A stretch of 58,635 nt of DNA, counting the filler, from Sphacelaria rigidula (lineage: Eukaryota): NCBI GenBank assembly GCA_964200075.2. It is 7 parts of 7 records of this genome, joined end to end, with 100 filler letters (N's around TTAATTAATTAA, not from the genome) between each part and the next. Parts side by side here need not be neighbours in the genome. Positions count along the whole stretch, not along the records: positions 50,346 to 58,635 come from CAXNAA020011637.1; 6 more parts are not named here. One strand, 5' to 3'. How positions within the stretch are numbered: position 1 is the first letter of the stretch; every line of letters starts with the position of its first letter. The notes under the pieces are model-generated. The model did not search any database. It had not been told where the DNA came from and worked only from the letters and a program-made list of their open reading frames with translations. Both the position numbers and the translations under genes were made by a program. Shown here piece by piece: positions 51,522 through 58,635 of this stretch.

Positions 51522-51732
51522 TGTGATGCGTGAGAGGACCGCGTGCATGGAGGACCGCATCAGAATTTGAACACCCCTTTGGTTAGGGTTAGGGTTAGGC
51601 GTAGTGTTGGGGTTAGGGTAAGGGGCCTGGTACCTGCAGGGACTGACCCGATTGGTTTTGAAAAACGTCCATCCTGAGGTATTTTAAAGTACGGCGCGGT
51701 CCTCTAAGCACGCGGTCCTCCCAGGCATTACA
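51522..51732 (-). mobile_element. Ginger-like MITE with (TTAGGG)n
   Basis: TGTGATGCG...GCATTACA termini and a perfect 4-bp TSD CTTG (51518-51521 and 51733-51736). Confidence 0.9.
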
Positions 51733-51764
51733 CTTGTACCCGAGAGAGGTTGGACATGGGTAGC

Positions 51765-51965
51765 AGCGATGGTGTGTAGTAAAGTCATTTCCATGCTGTA
51801 CTGGCGGGAAATCATGCCGTTCTGGCGGAAACGATGACGAAAACTCGGTCCCCCGTGGAGGAGGCGGGCTTGTTGTTGAGGGAGTGGATGGGATGCCTTC
51901 GATCCGTTTTTTTTGTCAAAACTCGACACACGGGCAACAGCGCTCATCCCCCGGTAGTACGCTCT
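51765..51965 (-). pseudogene. Possible highly decayed non-LTR RT fragment
   Basis: YYRGMSAVARV resembles the NYRGISLVAH motif. The remainder is very degenerate. Confidence 0.35.
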
Positions 51966-52543
51966 GTATGATACGACCCCGCGTCTTCTACCAGGCGATC
52001 CTATTGGTCGCAAATGGATTTGGGTGTTATGAAACGACGCTGGTCGTTCGGGGCACTCGAAGCGACACTACTGCATCGCAGGATGGAGCGAAACACCAAA
52101 CCAGACATATCGCTTCTTACATCGGGGGAGGGGGGGCATGGAGGGAGTGCGGTCAATCAGACGCTTTATCGGTGGAGGTGGCGGCAGAGGCGGTCGCGAT
52201 AGGAACGATGGCGGAGGAGGAGGCGGTGGAGCAGAGTCGTGGTTATGCGCAAGGTGCAAGGTTGTGAACCGGGGCATCACTCCGTCCTACGAAGCACCGT
52301 GTGTGCAACCGTCCCAGAGTACCCGAAGAAGGGCATGGTCATGGGGGGAGGGATGGGGGGGGGGAGCGGATGCTAGACGAGGGTTATGGGCGGAGACGGG
52401 AGCAGGGACGGGCACGGGGGCGGGGGCGGGGGCGGGCGCAGTGGCAGCGGGGGTACGGGTGGTGGGCACGGGAACGGGGGCGGCAGCGGCGCGGTGGCTC
52501 GAGGGTGTATAACTCTACGATCTGTGCGTTCGATGCTTCAGAA

Positions 52544-52772
52544 TGTAATGCATGAGAGGACCGCGTACTTAGAGGACCGTGCCGTAGTTCAGAACACCTC
52601 AAGATCGATGTTTTTCAAAACAAATCGGGTTAGTCCCTGGACGTACCACGCCCCTGACCATAACCCTAACCCTAACCCCAACCCCAACCCTAACCCTAAC
52701 CCTAACCCTAACCATGGGGATGTTCAAATTCCGATGCGGTCTCCTAAGCACGCGGTCCTCTCACGCACTACA
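52544..52772 (+). mobile_element. Ginger-like MITE with ~8 CCCTAA-like units
   Basis: TGTAATGC...GCACTACA termini, flanks AGAA / AGAG (3 of 4 match). Confidence 0.9.
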
Positions 52773-54290
52773 AGAGGCAAGGCTGAATAGAACTCGTGAG
52801 TTTACCAGAGCATTCCACAACTATGCGCGCCCTCTGCTTGTACTACGCTATTGGCGCCATCCGCAGTTAGAGGCCGCTTGTCTTATCCAGCTAAAAAATA
52901 ATCATCACAAGTCGCTTTTTGGCTCGCCCAGAGAAGCCCTGAACCGTCGTCCAAGAAGCTGACACTTTCTATGATAGCCCCCCCCGAAAGAAGTGCATGG
53001 TTTTGGGAGGCAAAATCTTCACTTGAATCGAAATGGGAAAAGCTGAGCACAATGAACACCTGGGAATTCCCACGCTTGGGGTCGTTCCAGCCAGTGTTGC
53101 CAGTATGAGGCGCTCCATGCAGTCTGAATCCAAACATCAGACGCTGTACGGTCATTCTTTTCGTGACACTTTTGGGCTGGTTTTGGGGGGGCTGTCGTAT
53201 AAAATGTCAGCTCTACGTAAAAAATCGGATCGGAATCGCCTCGAATTCATTTATTCACCGTGCTTATGGATTTTTCATATTTTTTGTGCTCCTTGGCACT
53301 CGATTCCGTTTCGCCGATATGAGGAGGCAGGGGGGAAGGGGGGAAGGGGGTGCGGTATCAATTACAACGTTGTTAGGACAAAAAATCAACTTAGTTTGAC
53401 TTGGATATTTCTTTGCGATAAAAGCTGCAACATGACCATCTAAGTTTGACCTGAAAGCTTTTTGCGAAAATACCGTCGTTGGCGACATATCTGTAATACA
53501 GCAACTGAAACGACAACAAGAACAACAAGTACGGGATTCAAAATATCCGCCCAAAAATTCCCCTACCGTCAGTGCTTCACGGGGTTTATTGTATTTGCGT
53601 CGAAAATCCCGAAAGCGTCGCGTGAAACGCTACGCTTGGGATACCGGTTCGGGACCGCCTCGAATTAATGTCTTCACCACGTTTTTGTGTTTTGTTTTTT
53701 GGATGCTCCTTCGCGTCGATGCTATGTCGCCGACCGTTTTATCTGGGGGGGCACAAGCGTGTCGTTGCTTGTTGATCCAAGGACTCCGACTTTTTTTACT
53801 TGAATTTTTGACTGCGAGTAAAAGCTCCAACGTGACCGTCTTTGCTCGAGTGTAATGCCTCTTCGCGATACTTCGACCTCTCCGCTCGTATCTGTCAATG
53901 TATCTAACCAAACCTCACGGCTCTGGCGTACTTGTTTCCAGTTGCACAACCAGGCCAATGCTCATGGATCTCTTCAAGCAACTCCGATCACGTTTAATCT
54001 TATGTACCGGAGGCAGCGAAGAGTGTTCGAAAAGTTTCTTGGGACACGGGTCTGCGGCGACATCGGGTGTGGAAGGGTATTGCACGTCCAGCGGGAGTCA
54101 GGTCGCGCACATGTTTTGTGGAGGGCGAAGGGCGGAGGGCGGACGGCGCAAAAGAGGTTGTGCAAATAGTAAGCCACTGGCTGGTGTGTCGCGTTTCGTT
54201 GCCTCTCATGTTGTAATTTCTACAATTTGGGAAATATCGATGCACAAGCAATTACCTACCGGTAATCTTCCCATTGTGACCCCACCCATG

Positions 54291-54804
54291 GTATAGTAGT
54301 TAACCTTGTCAAGAAAGGAGACAAGGCCGATAGAGATAATTGTAGAGGGATAACACTACCGCGCACGGTAGGAGAGATATTCCGCATGATTCTCGACGAT
54401 AGAGTAGTAAGGATGCTAGAAAAGGAAAAAAAAACAGCGAGGGGACAGCGGGTTTTAGACCCAACCGCAGCTGCGTAGACCATGAATACACACTAGGTGA
54501 GAATATTCAGGGTAGGAAAGACGTCGGGCTGTTTTTTTCTGGACGTACAAAAGGCTTATGGCACAGCATGGAGAAATGGGCTGTAAAAGCGTTGTGGGAA
54601 ACTGCGATCAGACGACAGACGTGGAGAATGGTGAAGATGACAGAATGTGCCAAAAGTGCGTTGATGCTAGACGGGAAAATATCGAAATAATTTATGTTTT
54701 ACAAGGAGTTGCACAACGATGTACGGTACCACTCTCTTCATCCAAGGTACTTGTTAATGACCAGATGACAGCAATAGAACCAGCGAAGCAACAAGTCAAG
54801 GTGG
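54291..54804 (+). pseudogene. LINE reverse transcriptase fragment (N-terminal RT blocks)
   Basis: KKGDKADRDNCRGITL...GFRPNRSCVDH...FLDVQKAY...W.NGL...LQGVAQ.C with frameshifts. Truncated by an LTR before the xADD motif. Confidence 0.88.
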
Positions 54805-55567
54805 TGTAATGGCGTTACGGTGCTGTTATGGCAAGGACAGGCTCACTAGGCAAGGCAAGGGTCCAGTCCGTAGACTGAGCAGCCAGGCAACACAACAAAG
54901 ACCGACTCACACAAGACGTGTCCGACAAATACAAATATCTGACGCGCAACTTATGTCTCCTTCTTTATGGTCTGGTCTCGACCTTCCGGTATCCACTTAA
55001 TCAATCCAATCTCACGCTCAGTATATCAGTCTCCCCGGTGTCGGACTTTTAGCTGAGAGAGGGACAGTAGACGGTAGCGACTGGAGATCGAGACTTCGTT
55101 CGTGCGAGGACAAACGAAGCCGACATCATCTCTGCAATATACAAGTTCACACTCGTACGACACTTTCTACGATAGCCCTCCCCCCAAAAGTGCATGGTTT
55201 TGAGACGCCAAATCTTCACTTAAATCGAAAGGGAAAAAGCCAAGCGCAACGAGCAGCGGGGAATTTCCACGCTTGGGTTCGTTCTAGCCAATGTCGCCAA
55301 TATGAGGCGCTTTATGCAGCCTGAACCCAACAATCAGGCGCTGTATGATCATTTTTTTTCGTGACACTTTTGGGCTGGTTTTAGGGGGGGCTATCGTAGA
55401 AAGTGTCGTACCTGACCAACTCTGAACAGACCTGCAGTCCGAGGTCTTAGAATACCCGAAATGCAAATAGTCAGACTCATCAACGGGTCTGACGCGGTAT
55501 GGAAAAGCTGCTGTACCCAATAGATTGATGCTCAAAGCATTGTAAGGAAACACTCCCGTATCCAACA
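54805..55567 (-). repeat. Probable 3' LTR of the minus-strand Gypsy element (contains a MITE)
   Basis: On the minus strand it starts TGTTGGATAC after a purine-rich tract (gaggtgtgggagtggg...) and ends CCATTACA exactly where LINE homology stops. Confidence 0.6.
55158..55408. mobile_element. MITE with perfect TIR, TA-flanked (Tc1/mariner-like)
   Basis: TA-CGACACTTTCTACGATAGCCC ... GGGCTATCGTAGAAAGTGTCG-TA. Confidence 0.85.
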
Positions 55568-55737
55568 ATCCCGTACCCACTCCCACACCTCATAAGAAGG
55601 AAAACGTATACTGCGTCGAGGAGCAGAAAAACTGCTTCGAAACGCGGAAACACAAACTGCTTCTTCGTGCTAGCGATCAACAAAGAAACGCAATTGCTTC
55701 GGCGTCCTAGCAAAACGAAAGGGAAAATCAGAAAAGG

Positions 55738-55880
55738 TACAACAGGAAGCAGAGCTTCAACCTGGGGTAATCCAAAGAGGAAAAACGGCAGGTAGGTACA
55801 ACAGGGAGCAGAACTTCGGCCTGGGGGAATCCAAAGGCACAACAGGGAGCAGAGCTTCAACCTGGGGGAATCCAAAGAGA
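55738..55880. repeat. Three ~37-bp direct repeats in the Gypsy 3' non-coding region
   Basis: caacagg(g/a)agcaga(g/a)cttc(aa/gg)cctgggg(g/t)aatccaaag occurs three times. Confidence 0.85.
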
Positions 55881-56269
55881 AAAAAATGCAAGATCAGTAT
55901 GCGACCACGCATGTTGGTCGGAAGCACAATCTAAAAATCGGTGGTCCAACGAGATCGAACGCCAGCCGAAAGGAGATACCATAGCTCCAGCAGTCGTAGA
56001 TGGTAGGTGTTCAGTAATTCTTCGATCGTCTTCCGATGTAGGTGGTCCTGCTGTGGATGTTGTAGAGTCGAGTTCTAGTGAAGAAGGGAGGGCAAACGAT
56101 GCTATAGGTGGGGGGGCAACAGTTGCAGCGAAGGAGCGTGGTTCAAAGGGAGGCGTGGACGTCGTGGGTGTGGTCGACGTTGTGCTGGGGACCGTGGCGA
56201 AGTTCTTTGAACTTAAAGCGCTGGAAACACGAGGGTCCGCGTGGTGCAGATGGGCTGGTGGTGTATAGT

Positions 56270-58386
56270 AGCTTGAGCTGTATAGGTCCACGGTCATCGA
56301 TGGAGCGCACAATGTATGTGTCGGCAGAAACCAGGTTGGCGGAGTGGATCTGACCCAACCACCCGAAGTTATCGCTGCCCTTGGACCAAAGGTAGCTGCC
56401 CTTGGGCAGTATTCGCTGGTTCACGAGGAACTTCGTCTTTCAAGTCTTGGTGGGTACAAGTTCGTAACCACTGACGACGAAGCGTGGTCCCTGATCGCGG
56501 TGAAGTTCACAGGCTGCTGCGCCACGACGCATGTTGCGATATTTCTTGTTGTGAGCAAGATGCTGATGTTGAGATTGCGTCCAGTACAGGAGGATTGCAC
56601 GGCGGTGCAATTGAAGGTCGGATTCGCGTTCCCAAGACGCTCTCCGGAGACCGTGCCAGTGGGTCTTATACATGACAGCACTTTTGCCACCCTCGACCAC
56701 GGTTTATCTGGTGGCCGAAGATGGAGGACACGGTCAATCGGAGGGACGGGTTCGTCAGGTCGTGGGTGGTAACGTGGTAGGGCGGGGACTTGATCGAGTA
56801 GCTGTCGAGAACATACTGTGTGCGTCCGGCAGGCAGGTACTTGGGCATGTCGCTTGTACATGCGGGTTCGTGCATGATTTGCATCTGGAAGTCGCGAGAC
56901 GCGGGGTTTGGTGTCCTTGCCCTGGAAGTCGCGAGGCAAGTCGAAATAGAGCAGTTTGTCACCAACGGGTTTATCATCCGGTGATAATGGCGAAATAGAG
57001 CGCAGTGTTTTATCTCTCCAGGTGCGAGGCGTTGATAGCGTCTTGTTCGCGCACGAGGGCAAACGCTTTGCGTTGTCGTGAATGCGCTAGCTCGTGATAG
57101 GATATCTGGTCCTGATCCAATCCTTGGTAGCCATCGAAGGTGTGTTGCTCAAACACGGTGATGGGCAGCCGAGGGTAACGTCCAAGATGGAGTTTGTTCG
57201 GAGAAAGGCCTGTGGCAGCGTTAACCGAGTTGTTGCAGGACAAACTGATGTGCGAGAGATGTAGGTCCCAGTCATTTTGGCTGTCAATAACAACCATAGA
57301 GAGCATCTGGGCCATGGTGTGGTTGACTCTTTCGGTACCACCGTTACCGTTCGGGTGGTAGGCGCTCGTGGCAATTTTGCGGATGCCCAGGAGCTCGTAA
57401 TGCTCATCAATATTTAATCAAAATTGCTGACCTGTGTCCGAAAGTAGTCGCTTCGGGCAACCGTAGTGCTTACTGTAGTCGTGGACAAATATGTCGCCCG
57501 TTCCGGCGGCAGTGAAATCTGCGGCGGTTACCGCGTACATGGACGCGTGGCGGCTGAAGCGGTCAGTGAAGAGTAAGACGTAGAAGTTGCCGCGACCTGT
57601 GGTCGGTCGAGGGCCAAACCAGTCCAAGGACACAAGGTGGCCTGGCTCATTGGGGAGTCCCATAGAGATGATGGGCCAGCGTACTGTCTGTCGTGAAGTT
57701 TACGGGCTTGGCATTTGAAGCATCGCCCAATCCAGAAGTGGGTGGAGATGTCCATGCCAACCCACCAATAGAAGCGTTCCAAGTGCGCTAGGGTGGGAGT
57801 GACGCCAAGGTGACATGACAAGTCTGTGTGGCTGATATTGACGTCGGCATTTCTGTCCCGTCGCCTATTCCCCCGCTGCCTACCCCACCATGTTTGGTCG
57901 GCTCGCCAGCGTAAGGTCAACAACGAGTCTCTCGCCAGCTACCGTCACCGCCATTGGGCTCGCGATCAAAACGCGGAACCGCTGTGTCGCGCAGCCATCC
58001 GGTACTTACACAACTCGACTGTTCAGTCCCTTTTCCATCCGCCCTTCTGGCCCCGGTTGGCACACCGCCACCACCAGTTATTTCTGACGTATGCGAGCTC
58101 GTGCGTAAATGTCCCGGGAGCAGGAGCTGAGTCGTCAGCTCCATACTCGGGAGCGGTAGATGTTGATGGCGCCGTTATGGGCGGCGAGGCTGTATCAGTG
58201 GGCGGCAAAGATTGTCCGCGGCGCGTGGTGCACGTTGCAGGAGTTTTTGCGGAGCGTTGCGTGCTGGTCCGTGGAACCTGTGTTGCGTGGCTCGTGGAAT
58301 TTGCAGGTGTTATCGGTGGCGGCGTGGCACTCGGGGTGGTGCGGGCGGCAGACCGGGAGCGTGTGTTGTCGGAGATTAGGTGGGTG
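56270..58386 (-). pseudogene. Gypsy integrase (HHCC finger, DDE core) + chromodomain, same family as 42672-50245
   Basis: HTDLSCHLG...YWW...CFKCQARK, VSLDWFGP...LFTDRFSR, LLSDTGQQF and YKTHWHGLRRASWERESDL. Frameshifts, deletions and an internal inversion. Confidence 0.92.
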
Positions 58387-58635
58387 CACACGTGGCCACT
58401 GGGGGGGGCTTCAGGACCTTGCAGGCACCTTGCGCAACCTGGCCCTGCAAGGTAGGTTATCCACCTTTGGCAAGGTGGAGGTTGCGCAAGGTACGTTGCA
58501 CAAGGTCCTGGAAGGTCGTGGAAGGTCTGGTAAGGTACGTTGCACAAGGTCCTGCAAGGTACATTGCACAAGGTCCTGTATGGTACCTTGCACAAGGTTC
58601 TGTAAGGTAGCTTACACCAGGTTGCGCGAGGTACC
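58387..58635. repeat. Tandem ~24-bp CAAGGT-rich array, likely the subterminal region of another element inserted in the Gypsy pol
   Basis: Units such as caaggtacgttgcacaaggtcctg. Gypsy homology stops at ~58386. Confidence 0.7.

Noticed and set aside
55738-58635. CRISPR-like arrays (55738-55880, 58387-58635)
   Set aside because: No unique, regular-length spacers, no cas genes, and the context is eukaryotic TE sequence.
41956-58635. The two Gypsy copies as one large inverted-repeat structure
   Set aside because: They lie on different contigs, so their relative orientation is arbitrary.

Overview
Repeat-rich eukaryotic DNA with large introns. It is most likely a brown alga (Phaeophyceae, Ectocarpus-like), inferred from the repeat types, the TTAGGG motifs and the exon style, and not verified. 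The window is not one locus. It is seven contigs of near-identical length (1-8291, 8392-16682, 16783-25073, 25174-33464, 33565-41855, 41956-50245, 50346-58635) joined by artificial 100-nt N44-TTAATTAATTAA-N44 spacers. Host genes appear only as scattered exons: three in-phase exons of a Cwf21/SRRM2-like splicing factor, the first coding exon of a class-V aminotransferase-like gene, and a few unassigned exons. Mobile DNA dominates: two decayed chromodomain-bearing Ty3/Gypsy elements, LINE fragments, tRNA-derived SINEs, a 2.7-kb non-autonomous hAT element with cargo, and several MITE and foldback families. Four signals stand out. (1) A LINE family ends in ...TGAGTAC(G)-poly(C) and repeatedly sits in C-homopolymers with C-run-initiated target-site duplications (TSDs), suggesting poly(G)-primed, poly(C)-targeted retrotransposition. 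(2) A TGT...ACA, 4-bp-TSD (Ginger-like) MITE carries telomeric (CCCTAA)n. (3) Two inverted copies of that MITE have reciprocally swapped TSDs, recording a 1.26-kb inversion. (4) The hAT element carries a possible captured exon.
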